A stretch of 64,000 bases of DNA from an uncultured Anaerolineaceae bacterium (lineage in GTDB: Bacteria; Chloroflexota; Anaerolineae; Anaerolineales; UBA11579), in assembly GCA_964572455.1 (NCBI GenBank), contig CAZNFL010000002.1:1423-65422 (forward strand), in the 5' to 3' direction. Below the pieces are notes generated by a model. The model was given only the letters and a program-made list of their open reading frames with translations, searched no databases and had not been told where the DNA came from. The translations under genes and the position numbers were made by a program. The number at the start of each line of letters is the position of its first letter. Position 1 is the first letter of the stretch. Below are positions 47,212 to 56,316 of the stretch, piece after piece.

Positions 47212-50200
47212 TTAAGCCTTTACCGCCAATTGGTCGTAATACGCCTGAAGTTCCGGCAATGGCTCTGCATTTAATTCCCTGCGCAGCATGGTGCGGTAAT
47301 CTTTGAAATGGGCGATCGCTGCTGATGGTGCGCCCGAAAGCGCCAGGCATTTCATCATCGCCAGGTGCACTTCGTCGCGATACGGGTCGACCGCCAACAC
47401 CCTCTCGTAATTATGCTTTGCTGAGCGGTAGTGCTTGTTGCTGGTTTCCATGGCGGCCATGTCGATAAGGGCTTCAAGATAAAGGTTGCGCAATTCTTCT
47501 CGGCGCAGGTCTGCCCATTCCATATAGATATCCTGCAAGAAGGGCGCCTGGTACAGGTCGATAGACTGTTTGATCAGTTCGTTGCGCTCCCGCTTCGAAA
47601 GGCTTTGTGCTTCTGCCCGGCTCAAGTTGTTTTCAAATTCTGCTACGTCATACCAGAGCTGGATGGACGGGTGCAAGCTATATTGTTCGTTCTCAAAGAT
47701 GATCGCCTCTTTGAATCCCAGCGCCTGCCGCACCCGCCACAGCGTGGCGTGGAAATTGCTGCTGATCTTGCCTGAACTGAAATCCGGCCAGAAATCCAAT
47801 CCGATGGCTTCCTTGCGAACCTTCCCGTGGTCCAAAATATAGAAGAATAGCGCCCGGGCGCGGCTGGAGCGCCACGTGCTGGGATGTACCAGTTCCCCAT
47901 CGCGGCGAATCTCTCCGGTCCCAAAAGCATGTATCTCCATATGGATGGGAGTTAACTCGGGGTCGGGGGCTTTGCGCTCGAGTGCTACCTTGCCAGTAAT
48001 GAAATTTGCCGCCCGTTCAAACAAGGCTTGTATTTGTTCTGATGACCTTGTTTTTGAAAAATAAGTCAAAAAATCAGGCAAAGACCGGGCAGCATTAACT
48101 AAAAATTGATCGTAGCCTAACTGAGCCGAACCCTTTAATGCCTTATTTAGCAGCTTTTCTGCTTTTTCATATTCCCCATTTTGAAATAAGGTTCGTCCAG
48201 CTAGGAAGGCTGCTAGGACTTGGGGTTGCTTTGGCGCTTTTCGTTCAGGCCAATTGGCTATGGCTTGTTCAAATTGCTCCATAGCCAGATCCATCTGCCC
48301 CATTTCCCCATAGATCGCCCCGAGTTCCGTAGCATAGTCGACTTTGTCCAAACCACCCCCCTTGAAATTAGCGGCCAACCTCAACCAATTCATGGCCTCG
48401 CTGTAGTGGCCCTTCTTGCGCTCGGCCCGCGCTAAGCCGGTATAGGTGTCGATCGACTCGGGTTGTTCTCCAGCTTGTTGCTTCAAAGCAAACGCTTGTT
48501 GAAAGTTCTTATGTGCTTCCTCGGTCTCATCGACTTCTAACAACATTTCCCCACATCCGTTCAATATTGAGATTTGTGCGCGCACATGGTTTGCCGCTTT
48601 CGCGTGGGCCATCCCCAGCGAATACTCACGCCATGCTTCGATGTATTGCCCAATTTGATGGTGCAGATAAGCAATATTGTTGTGTGCGGAGGAAAGTGCA
48701 CCTAAATTGCTGTGAATATTTGTATGTATATCCAGGGCTTCTTGGAAAGCCTTTTGTGCGCCAAGTATTTTCCCAATAGAGATTTGAACGAATCCGAAAT
48801 CGGTGAGGCATTCTGCTAGGTCGTATAGGTAACGGATTTTTTCTGAGGATTCGTTGAGCTCGGTTAACTCCCGTAACCCCGAGGAAGCTGACTCCAGGCA
48901 TTTTATAGCCTTCTGCGATTCACCTAAATAATAGAGCGGTAATGCCTTCAAGCGTTCTGCCTGAAACCACTTCTGACGGCTCTCGGGTTTGCGCTTGCCG
49001 TGCAATAGGTCCTGAGCTTTTTCCGCTAGCTCGAGCCCCTCATGGTACTTCCCGGTAAATCGATAGATCATGCCGCGGGTGATGATGGCGTTCGCTAATG
49101 CGTCCACATCCTTTAATTTCGACAGGATGGGTTCGGCCGTTTGCAGGAGTTTCAGCGCCGGTTGGAACTGGCTCTGGTTGCCGAGGATCTTGGCCTGGTA
49201 AAGCATCAGGTGCGGCGCTTTCTTTCTTAGGTTCGGCGGGCTGCCCAGGCGCTCCATCCAGCGCGCGATCAGCATTTGCCGCCCGGATGTGTAGAACTGA
49301 ACAGCGACTGCATCCATCCAGTTGGCCGCTTCCTGTTTATCGCCGGCCTCCAGTTTGTGGTCGATGGCGCGTTCCCACTGCTGCCGTTCCCGGTACCACT
49401 CCGCCGCTCGCCGGTGCAGGTCCCGCACCCGCGGCTTTTGGTTGCGCACAAAATAATCCTCAAGGAATTCCGCGAATAACTGGTGGTAGCGGTAGCTGGG
49501 TCCTTCGCTGGTCTCCGTGCGGCTCACGAACAAGTTACGCTCTTCGAGTGCGCGCAGGTAGTCGGCGGAATCCTTGCGCTCCAGCAGGAAATTGCACAGC
49601 GGCTCATTGAAATCTTCTAATATGGATGTGGCCAGCATGAAGTCGCGCAGTTCTTCACTTTGGCGGCTGACCACTTCCTCGGCCAGGTAAGCGTAAATAT
49701 GTTCGATGCCTCCGCTAAGGTCTGGCAGTACGCCGTTCTCCATTGTGCGCAAGGCCAGCAGGATGGCAATGATCCAGCCATCTGCCCGCGTGGCAAACTC
49801 TTGGGCCTGCTCATTGCTCAGGCGCACCCTGTGGTTCTGCAGCACCAGCCTTTGCAGCTCGTCCGCCCTAAAGCGCAGTTCGTCCGCGCTGATAGTTACT
49901 AGCTCGTCGCGAATATAAAGGTTGGCCGTTGGGATTCCATATACGCTGCGCGAACCGATCAGGATACGCAATCGGTCGGGCAGGTTTTCCAGCAGGTTTT
50001 CGATGAAGTCAACGATCTGCTGGTTTTCCCCCGCCAGGTGGTAATCGTCCAGCACCAGCAGTGAAAAGTCCTCTACTTTTTCTTCTATTTCATTGATAAG
50101 GTCAACCGCCAGGGTGGCCGCGTCTGGGCTGCCCCCGGGTGAATCCAACTTCTCGGCTAGCTCCAGGCCAAATTGCGGGATTTGCTGTTGGAAAGAGGCT

Positions 50201-50442
50201 ACCAGGTGCTGGACGAACAAAACCAGGTCTGCGTCATCCGGGCTGATGCGGTACCAAAACACCGCGGCATCTACATCCGCGGCAAAATCCACCAGCAAGG
50301 TGGTCTTGCCGTAGCCGGCCGGCGCCGACACAAAGGTCAGCTTGCGGTGCAGGTTTTGATGCAGGATGTCGATCAACCGCACCCGGCGCAGCACATCTTT
50401 GCGCCGCTGTGGCGCACGCACTTTGGTGAGTAGGATAGTCAT
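47212..50442 (-). CDS. MalT-like STAND NTPase-TPR-wHTH/BTAD transcriptional regulator
   Basis: LLTK..P, APAGYGKTTL, LVLDDYH, YRYHQLFAEFL; central TPR helices; C-terminal FG..EI..DG, WPD, NFHATLWRVR, YDVAEFE, DPYRDE, EPLPE. Confidence 0.9.
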   Translation of the reverse strand: MTILLTKVRAPQRRKDVLRRVRLIDILHQNLHRKLTFVSAPAGYGKTTLLVDFAADVDAAVFWYRISPDDADLVLFVQHLVASFQQQIPQFGLELAEKLDSPGGSPDAATLAVDLINEIEEKVEDFSLLVLDDYHLAGENQQIVDFIENLLENLPDRLRILIGSRSVYGIPTANLYIRDELVTISADELRFRADELQRLVLQNHRVRLSNEQAQEFATRADGWIIAILLALRTMENGVLPDLSGGIEHIYAYLAEEVVSRQSEELRDFMLATSILEDFNEPLCNFLLERKDSADYLRALEERNLFVSRTETSEGPSYRYHQLFAEFLEDYFVRNQKPRVRDLHRRAAEWYRERQQWERAIDHKLEAGDKQEAANWMDAVAVQFYTSGRQMLIARWMERLGSPPNLRKKAPHLMLYQAKILGNQSQFQPALKLLQTAEPILSKLKDVDALANAIITRGMIYRFTGKYHEGLELAEKAQDLLHGKRKPESRQKWFQAERLKALPLYYLGESQKAIKCLESASSGLRELTELNESSEKIRYLYDLAECLTDFGFVQISIGKILGAQKAFQEALDIHTNIHSNLGALSSAHNNIAYLHHQIGQYIEAWREYSLGMAHAKAANHVRAQISILNGCGEMLLEVDETEEAHKNFQQAFALKQQAGEQPESIDTYTGLARAERKKGHYSEAMNWLRLAANFKGGGLDKVDYATELGAIYGEMGQMDLAMEQFEQAIANWPERKAPKQPQVLAAFLAGRTLFQNGEYEKAEKLLNKALKGSAQLGYDQFLVNAARSLPDFLTYFSKTRSSEQIQALFERAANFITGKVALERKAPDPELTPIHMEIHAFGTGEIRRDGELVHPSTWRSSRARALFFYILDHGKVRKEAIGLDFWPDFSSGKISSNFHATLWRVRQALGFKEAIIFENEQYSLHPSIQLWYDVAEFENNLSRAEAQSLSKRERNELIKQSIDLYQAPFLQDIYMEWADLRREELRNLYLEALIDMAAMETSNKHYRSAKHNYERVLAVDPYRDEVHLAMMKCLALSGAPSAAIAHFKDYRTMLRRELNAEPLPELQAYYDQLAVKA

Positions 50443-50485
50443 CGCTTCCCGGGACGCTATTTCATCTCTTCTTCCTTGAAAAGTG

Positions 50486-50515
50486 AGTCTATTGCGCTTG
50501 GCTAAGCTTTGTCAA
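50486..50515 (-). promoter_or_regulatory. Sigma70-type promoter for the STAND regulator
   Basis: TTGACA-18 nt-TAGACT on the minus strand. Confidence 0.55.
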
Positions 50516-50581
50516 GCCCGCTTGGAAACCGCGCCCTCAGTTGTATGACAACCTGAGCCTATATTATAATTTTAGTCTTCA

Positions 50582-51886
50582 ATGCGCGCTGTAGACATTA
50601 TTATCAAAAAACGGGACCGGAAAGAGCTAACCGCCGCCGAGATTCGCTTCTTTATTAAGGGATTTACCCATGGCACGGTGACGGATTACCAGGCTTCCGC
50701 TTGGGCTATGGCCGTCCTCCTCAATGGCATGACCGACCGGGAGACCACCGAGCTTACCCTGGCCATGGCCGCATCGGGCGAACAGCTGGACCTGAGCGAA
50801 GTCGTGGGCTTAGCCCTCGATAAGCATTCCACCGGCGGGGTGGGGGACAAAACCACGCTGGTGGTCGAACCCGTGGTGGCCTCTTGTGGCCTGCGAGTCG
50901 GCAAAATGTCAGGCCGTGGCCTGGGCTACAGCGGGGGCACCCTCGACAAAATGGAATCTATCCCCGGCTTTCGCACCGATCTAACCAAAGAAGAGTTCCT
51001 CCGCCAATTGAAAGAAGTCGGCTTAGTCCTCACCGGCCAAACTGGCGATTTGGCTCCTGCCGATGGCAAGCTCTATGCCCTGCGCGATGTGACCGGCACC
51101 GTGGATGCTCGTGCCCTGATCGCCTCGTCCGTGATGAGCAAGAAATTGGCCGCCGGCGCCCAACGCATCGTGCTGGATGTCAAAGTGGGCACAGGCGCCT
51201 TTATGAAAACCCAGGCGGATGCGCGCGCCCTTGCTAAGCTTATGGTGAAGATCGCCAGGCTGGCCGGCCGCAAGGCGGTGGCCCTCATTTCGGACATGAA
51301 CCAGCCCCTCGGCCACGCGGTCGGCAACGCCCTGGAAGTAAAAGAAGCCATTGAGACCTTGCGTGGGGGCGGGCCACCCGATTTTCGCCTGCACGCCATT
51401 GAAGTAGCCGGCCACCTGCTTGTGCTCGGCGAAGCCGAAAAGACGTTAGCTGCCGCCCGCAAACGCGCCGCCGCTGCTTTGGATGATGGCCGCGCCTTCG
51501 ATCGCTTTCGGGTCTTGGTCGAGGCACAAGGCGGGGATGTCAGTTACGTGGACGACCCTGGCCGCCTGCCGAGCGCTCAGCTTATTGAAGACGTTCCGGC
51601 GCCGCGCTCGGGTTACCTCAGGTGGGTGGATGCCAGGGAGATCGGCGGGGCCTCCGTAGATCTGGGCGCCGGCCGCGCCAAGAAAGGCGATTCCATCGAT
51701 CATTCCGTTGGCATCGTCGTGCACCATAAAGTTGGGGATCGAGTGGGGAAGGGCGAACCGCTATTTACTGTTCATGCCAACGATCAGGCCAAACTCGAAG
51801 CTGCCCGCGCCCGCGTGCTTGCCGCCCACCAATGGAGCCCCAAAAAGGTCAAACCGCTTCCCCTTTTCTACGGCACCGTGAAATAG
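50582..51886 (+). CDS. pdp: Pyrimidine-nucleoside/thymidine phosphorylase
   Basis: DKHSTGGVGDK, KMSGRGLG, ALRDVTGT, SVMSKK, DMNQPLG. Confidence 0.94.
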   Translation: MRAVDIIIKKRDRKELTAAEIRFFIKGFTHGTVTDYQASAWAMAVLLNGMTDRETTELTLAMAASGEQLDLSEVVGLALDKHSTGGVGDKTTLVVEPVVASCGLRVGKMSGRGLGYSGGTLDKMESIPGFRTDLTKEEFLRQLKEVGLVLTGQTGDLAPADGKLYALRDVTGTVDARALIASSVMSKKLAAGAQRIVLDVKVGTGAFMKTQADARALAKLMVKIARLAGRKAVALISDMNQPLGHAVGNALEVKEAIETLRGGGPPDFRLHAIEVAGHLLVLGEAEKTLAAARKRAAAALDDGRAFDRFRVLVEAQGGDVSYVDDPGRLPSAQLIEDVPAPRSGYLRWVDAREIGGASVDLGAGRAKKGDSIDHSVGIVVHHKVGDRVGKGEPLFTVHANDQAKLEAARARVLAAHQWSPKKVKPLPLFYGTVK

Positions 51887-51896
51887 CATCCACATT

Positions 51897-52076
51897 TGTC
51901 ATTTCAAGCGGCTCTGTTTTCTTGTCATTTGAGGCGGCTCCGCTTGGTTTCCATTCAGGAAGACTCCTCCATTTGTCATTCCGAGCGGCATACCGAAGTC
52001 CGTACCAGATGGAGATTCAATAAAGCGAGAAATCCGTATAACCTCATATTCCAAATAACCATCGTTCTGCTTGTCG
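51897..52076. repeat. Cluster of TGTCATT-type REP-like repeats including a 103-bp unit (51974-52076)
   Basis: Three tgtcatt..gcggc starts; the 103-bp unit aligns without gaps to 54759-54861 with about 15 mismatches by hand count. Confidence 0.75.
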
Positions 52077-52160
52077 CGCCGCAAACGCCTCCTGTTCCCC
52101 GTAACCTCATATTGCAAGACAACCAATTTTGTGCCACTCAAGTCTGCCTTACAACAAAAC

Positions 52161-52192
52161 AAAAAAGCCCTGCCGAACCTGGCAGGGCTTTT
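52161..52192. terminator. Bidirectional intrinsic terminator between pdp and degV
   Basis: aaaaaagccctgcc-gaacct-ggcagggctttt. Confidence 0.85.
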
Positions 52193-52205
52193 ATATCTTA
52201 TGCTT

Positions 52206-53060
52206 TTACTTATATCCCGCCATAAACGCGAATCCCAACGTGCCGGGGCCTGTGTGTGTGCCCACCGCCGGGCTCACATCCGTAAGGGCGGACTCCTCTG
52301 GCTTGACCCTCTTGCTGGCCTCGGCCAGCAAAGCTTTGGCATCCTCGCGTGCATTGGCGTGCAGCACCGCCAGGTGCAATGGCTTACGCCCGCCCACCCG
52401 GTCCACCAGCAACTCCACCAGGCGCTCCAGCGCCTTGCTCTTGGTGCGCACTCGTTCTGTAGCTTCTAGGGCGCCGTCTTGGATCTCGAGGATGGGTTTC
52501 AGGTTGAGCGCCGTGCCCATAAAGCGCGCCCCGCCGCCGATCCGGCCACCGCGATGCAGGAACTCCAGGGTGTCTACCAGCAGCAAAACACCGGCGTTCT
52601 CCCGGGCGCTTTCGAGGATCTTTACGCAATCCTGGGCGGATTTGCCAGCCTTAACAGCCTTGGCGGCTTCCAGCAGCGGCCAGCCGGTACCCATGGAAGC
52701 CGAGCGGCCGTCCACAATGTGAATATTCACGCCGGAAACCATTCCCTTGGCCTGTTCGGCGGAGGTCAGCGTGCCAGAAAATTTGGAGGAAACAAAGCTG
52801 CACACAATGTCGGTGAAACCTTTAGAGCCCAGCTCCTCGAATTTCTCTTTGAACGCAGCTGGGGTAGGCTGCGAGGTCGTGGGGGTCTCTTTTGAGCTTG
52901 CCAGCCGTTTGTAAAACTCATCGGGCTGGATATCCACCCCATCTTGCAGCGTCTCTCCCCCCCAAATGATCACCGCGGGGACCACGTGAATATCGTGACC
53001 TTTGCTTAACTCTTTGGGGATATTGGTAGTGCTGTCAGTGACTAGCGCTATCTTTGCCAT
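52206..53060 (-). CDS. DegV family fatty-acid-binding protein
   Basis: VTDST, TTSQP, SSKFSGT, L.RGGRIG, KPIL, GTHTGPG. Confidence 0.93.
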   Translation of the reverse strand: MAKIALVTDSTTNIPKELSKGHDIHVVPAVIIWGGETLQDGVDIQPDEFYKRLASSKETPTTSQPTPAAFKEKFEELGSKGFTDIVCSFVSSKFSGTLTSAEQAKGMVSGVNIHIVDGRSASMGTGWPLLEAAKAVKAGKSAQDCVKILESARENAGVLLLVDTLEFLHRGGRIGGGARFMGTALNLKPILEIQDGALEATERVRTKSKALERLVELLVDRVGGRKPLHLAVLHANAREDAKALLAEASKRVKPEESALTDVSPAVGTHTGPGTLGFAFMAGYK

Positions 53061-53145
53061 TTACTCTCTCCTAGGGGTAAGCGAACTATCTACTAATTAG
53101 AACACAGGTTTGAGGGCGAGTCGCGCCCTTTCCCAAGGCTTACCC

Positions 53146-53174
53146 TTGACCGCCATGCTGTTGCAAGCTAGAAT
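53146..53174 (+). promoter_or_regulatory. Sigma70-type promoter of the rpsP operon
   Basis: TTGACC-17 nt-TAGAAT; a second TATAAT at 53210-53215. Confidence 0.6.
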
Positions 53175-53247
53175 GGCAGGCTGTGCGCAGGGATGCTCGG
53201 CGCAACAGGTATAATCCAGGACATCAGAATTCAGGAGTTTTTCGATC

Positions 53248-53835
53248 ATGGTTCGTATTCGATTGCGCCGCGTAGGCGGAAAAAAACAGGCCAGTTTTCG
53301 AGTTGTGGCCGCGGATAAGGAAAGCCCCCGCAACGGGCGCTTTATTGAGATTCTCGGCTTTTATAACCCTCGCACCGAACCGGCTACCATCAACTTAAAG
53401 GAAGATCGCATCTATCAGTGGATCAGCAACGGTGCCCAGCCCAGCGATTCCGCCATGCAAGTGTTCAAGGTGGCCGGCCTGCTGGACCGCTTTGAGCGCT
53501 TCAAATCCGGCGAGAAGGTCGAAACCTTGCTGGCCGAGGCCGAAACGGCTTCAAAGACCCGCAATGCTAATTTCCAGACGGAGCACGCCGCCCCCGCTGC
53601 CGGTACATCTATAAGGAAGAAGGCCTCCAAGGCTGAGAAGGCGGCTAAAGAGCCTGCCAAATCGCCAGAAGTTGCCGCCCAGCCGGCTGCTGCGGCTGAA
53701 CCTGAGGCCCCTGTGGCTGAGCCTGAAGCCCTTGCGGCTGAAGCTGCCGCTCAACCCGAAACACCCGCGGCCGAACCTGCTGCCGCTGCGGAACCCGAAG
53801 CTCCCAAAGCTGAAGAGACGCCTCCCGCCGAATAA
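53248..53835 (+). CDS. rpsP: 30S ribosomal protein S16 with long Ala/Glu/Pro-rich C-terminal tail
   Basis: MVRIRLRRVG, SPRNGRFIEILG.YNP, GAQPSD; AGGAG RBS. Confidence 0.96.
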   Translation: MVRIRLRRVGGKKQASFRVVAADKESPRNGRFIEILGFYNPRTEPATINLKEDRIYQWISNGAQPSDSAMQVFKVAGLLDRFERFKSGEKVETLLAEAETASKTRNANFQTEHAAPAAGTSIRKKASKAEKAAKEPAKSPEVAAQPAAAAEPEAPVAEPEALAAEAAAQPETPAAEPAAAAEPEAPKAEETPPAE

Positions 53836-53843
53836 GTTCTTCA

Positions 53844-54080
53844 ATGAAAGAATTGATCGAGTACGTGGCGCGCTCCCTGGTGGATGATCCCACCCAGGTG
53901 CGCGTTTCCGAGCGCCAAAAGGGCGAAAGCACCGAGATCTCTCTCGAGGTAGCCAAGCCGGATATGGGTCGTGTCATCGGCCGCTCTGGCCGCGTGGCGA
54001 ACGCCATCCGCATTCTCCTGCAGGTGGCAGCCACCCGCGACGGAAAGCGCGCCTTCCTGAATATCTCGGAACCTGATTGA
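53844..54080 (+). CDS. khpA: KH domain RNA-binding protein
   Basis: LVDDP, DMGRVIGRSGRVANAIR; lies between rpsP and rimM. Confidence 0.92.
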   Translation: MKELIEYVARSLVDDPTQVRVSERQKGESTEISLEVAKPDMGRVIGRSGRVANAIRILLQVAATRDGKRAFLNISEPD

Positions 54081-54670
54081 GCTCCCCCAGACGACGCCTG
54101 GCTGCCCGCCGTAAAGCTGCCAAATCGCCTGAGGACGTGGAGACGTCCTCAGGCGATTTGGCTTTTGTCCTGGTGGCCACGTTTCGCCGCCCCCACGGCC
54201 TCAAAGGCGAAGTCTTCGTTTCCTTGGAAACCGATTTCCCGGAACGCTTGCAAAAGGGCACCCGCCTCTATATGGGCGAGGAGCATAACCCAGTCACCAT
54301 CGCCAGCCGCCGGCCCCACGGCGATGGCTTGCTTCTGGCTTTCGAAGAATTCCCCGGCCTTGAATCCGTCAACCCCTTTCGCAATGTTCCCCTCTTCGTC
54401 CCGGTCGAGGATCGGCCGCCGCTCCCTGAAGGCGAGTATTACCAGCATCAATTGCTGGGCATGCGGGTGGTCGAAGAAGATGGTTCCCTTTTGGGAACCC
54501 TGACGGAAATACTTTCCACCGGCGCAAACGATGTCTACGTCGTTCGCTCGGAAGAGGGCGGGGAATTATTATTGCCCGCCACCACCGACGTCGTGCGCCA
54601 GGTTTCTGTGGCCGAGAAGCGCATGGTTGTGCATCTCCTGCCCGGCTTGCTCGAGATCGGTAAGAAATAA
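54077..54670 (+). CDS. rimM: Ribosome maturation factor RimM
   Basis: PHGLKGE, LPEGEYY..QLLG, TGANDVYVV; start uncertain. Confidence 0.93.
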   Translation: MSSPRRRLAARRKAAKSPEDVETSSGDLAFVLVATFRRPHGLKGEVFVSLETDFPERLQKGTRLYMGEEHNPVTIASRRPHGDGLLLAFEEFPGLESVNPFRNVPLFVPVEDRPPLPEGEYYQHQLLGMRVVEEDGSLLGTLTEILSTGANDVYVVRSEEGGELLLPATTDVVRQVSVAEKRMVVHLLPGLLEIGKK

Positions 54671-54681
54671 AATCCCTTGCG

Positions 54682-54995
54682 CGTCATTCTAGGTCGACGC
54701 CCCCTCTATTGTGTCATTCTGAGGCGAACTTTTTCTCTCGCGTGCCATTTCTCCACCTTGTCATTCCGAGCGGCCTACCGAAATCTTTACCAGTCGGAGA
54801 ATCAAGAAAGCGAGAAATCCCTACAACCTGATATTCCAAATAACCAATGTTCTGCCTCTCGAGGGCGATGAATGCCGAATACGCAGCCGACGTTATTTGG
54901 AAACCAAGCCCCGCCGCTTGCGGCGGGGTGCGTTACTCCGAGGCGACTCTTTATCTTCCGTGTCATTCTGAGGCGAGCTCCGCGAGCCGAAGAAT
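54682..54995. repeat. REP-like repeat cluster with an IS200/IS605-end-like hairpin
   Basis: gtcatt units near 54683, 54712, 54759 and 54961; ccccgccgc-tt-gcggcgggg hairpin at 54909-54928. Confidence 0.7.
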
Positions 54996-55126
54996 TATTA
55001 TTACCTTGTTGTCCAAATTGCCTTGTACTGTAAGTAAAGCTGTTTTTGTGATTTTCTTCCAAATAGCCACATTCTGGAATTACCTTCCCTTCCCTAATCT
55101 ATAACTCACCCCCATAACTCCCTTTC

Positions 55127-55156
55127 TTGACATGCCAAAGACGGCTATGATATTCT
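55127..55156 (+). promoter_or_regulatory. Sigma70-type promoter of dprA
   Basis: TTGACA-18 nt-TATTCT with a TG extended -10. Confidence 0.55.
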
Positions 55157-55180
55157 CTGCCACCTTGAGGGGGGCCCATA

Positions 55181-56305
55181 ATGAGTGACGAACGTACCTA
55201 CTGGTTAGCCTTGAACATGGTCAAGGGGATCGGCGCCGCCCGCCTTCGCACACTCTTGGACGCCTTTGGCTCCGCGCAAGCCGCTTGGCAGGCCGCGCCC
55301 GCCGCCTTGCGCGCCGCCGGCGTGAACGAAGCCACCGTCCAAAATTTTGTCGAATTGCACCAGACCCTTGATTTGCAGACCATCGAATCCGACCTAGCCA
55401 AACACAACGTCGTCGCACTTACATTGCAAGAAGACGCTTACCCGCGCAAATTGCGCGAACTCGACCAGGCGCCGCCCGTCCTTTACGTGCGCGGCCAGCT
55501 GCTGCCCGAAGACGAATGGGCAGTCGCCGTGGTCGGCACCCGCCAGGTAACCACCTATGGCCGCCAGATCGCCGAGGAGTTCGGCGCCTTTTTGGCGCAT
55601 AATGGCATCACCCTGGTCAGCGGGCTGGCCCGCGGGGTGGATGCCATCGCACACCAGGCCGCGCTGAAAGCTGGTGGCCGCACGGTGGCCGTGCTGGCCC
55701 ACGGGCTCGAGCAGATCTACCCGGCGGAGAATCGCCAGCTGGGCGAAGAGATCGCGGCGCGCGGGGCACTGGTCAGTGATTACGCCATCGGCACCCCGCC
55801 GGACGCGGCCAACTTCCCGCCGCGCAATCGCATCATCTCCGGCCTTTCGCTGGCCGTAGTGATCGTTGAGGCCGGCGAGCAGAGCGGTGCGCTGATCACC
55901 GCCGGCTTCGCCGCCGAGCAGGGCCGCGAGGTCTTTGCGGTGCCGGGTAACATCCACGCACCGCAAAGCAAAGGCACCAACCTGCTCATCCAGCGCGGCG
56001 CGCATCCCCTCATCCGCTACGAGGATCTGCTCGACGTTCTGAATTTGGAAATGATGGCCGAGCATCGCAGCGCCACCGTGGCCTTGCCCGCCGATGCCAC
56101 CGAGGCCGCCTTATTTAGTCTACTGGGCCAGGAGCCGCTGCACGTCAACGAAATTGGTGCCCTCGCTCGCCTGCCGATCGATCAGGTATCCTCTACCCTT
56201 GCGCTTATGGAACTCAAGGGCTTGGTTCGCCAGGTGGGCGGCATGACCTACGTGGCCGCCCGCGAATTGCGGGCTGAATACCATACCGGCGATGGGGCCG
56301 CTTAA
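55181..56305 (+). CDS. dprA: DNA-processing protein DprA
   Basis: AVVGTR, VSGLARGVD, FPPRNRIISG, EA...SGALITA, VFAVPG. Confidence 0.95.
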   Translation: MSDERTYWLALNMVKGIGAARLRTLLDAFGSAQAAWQAAPAALRAAGVNEATVQNFVELHQTLDLQTIESDLAKHNVVALTLQEDAYPRKLRELDQAPPVLYVRGQLLPEDEWAVAVVGTRQVTTYGRQIAEEFGAFLAHNGITLVSGLARGVDAIAHQAALKAGGRTVAVLAHGLEQIYPAENRQLGEEIAARGALVSDYAIGTPPDAANFPPRNRIISGLSLAVVIVEAGEQSGALITAGFAAEQGREVFAVPGNIHAPQSKGTNLLIQRGAHPLIRYEDLLDVLNLEMMAEHRSATVALPADATEAALFSLLGQEPLHVNEIGALARLPIDQVSSTLALMELKGLVRQVGGMTYVAARELRAEYHTGDGAA

Positions 56306-56316
56306 TAAAGGAACGC

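Noticed and set aside
53590-53835. Long low-complexity tail of S16 as a novel domain
   Set aside because: Ala/Glu/Pro-rich S16 extensions are known in several phyla; there is no distinct motif.
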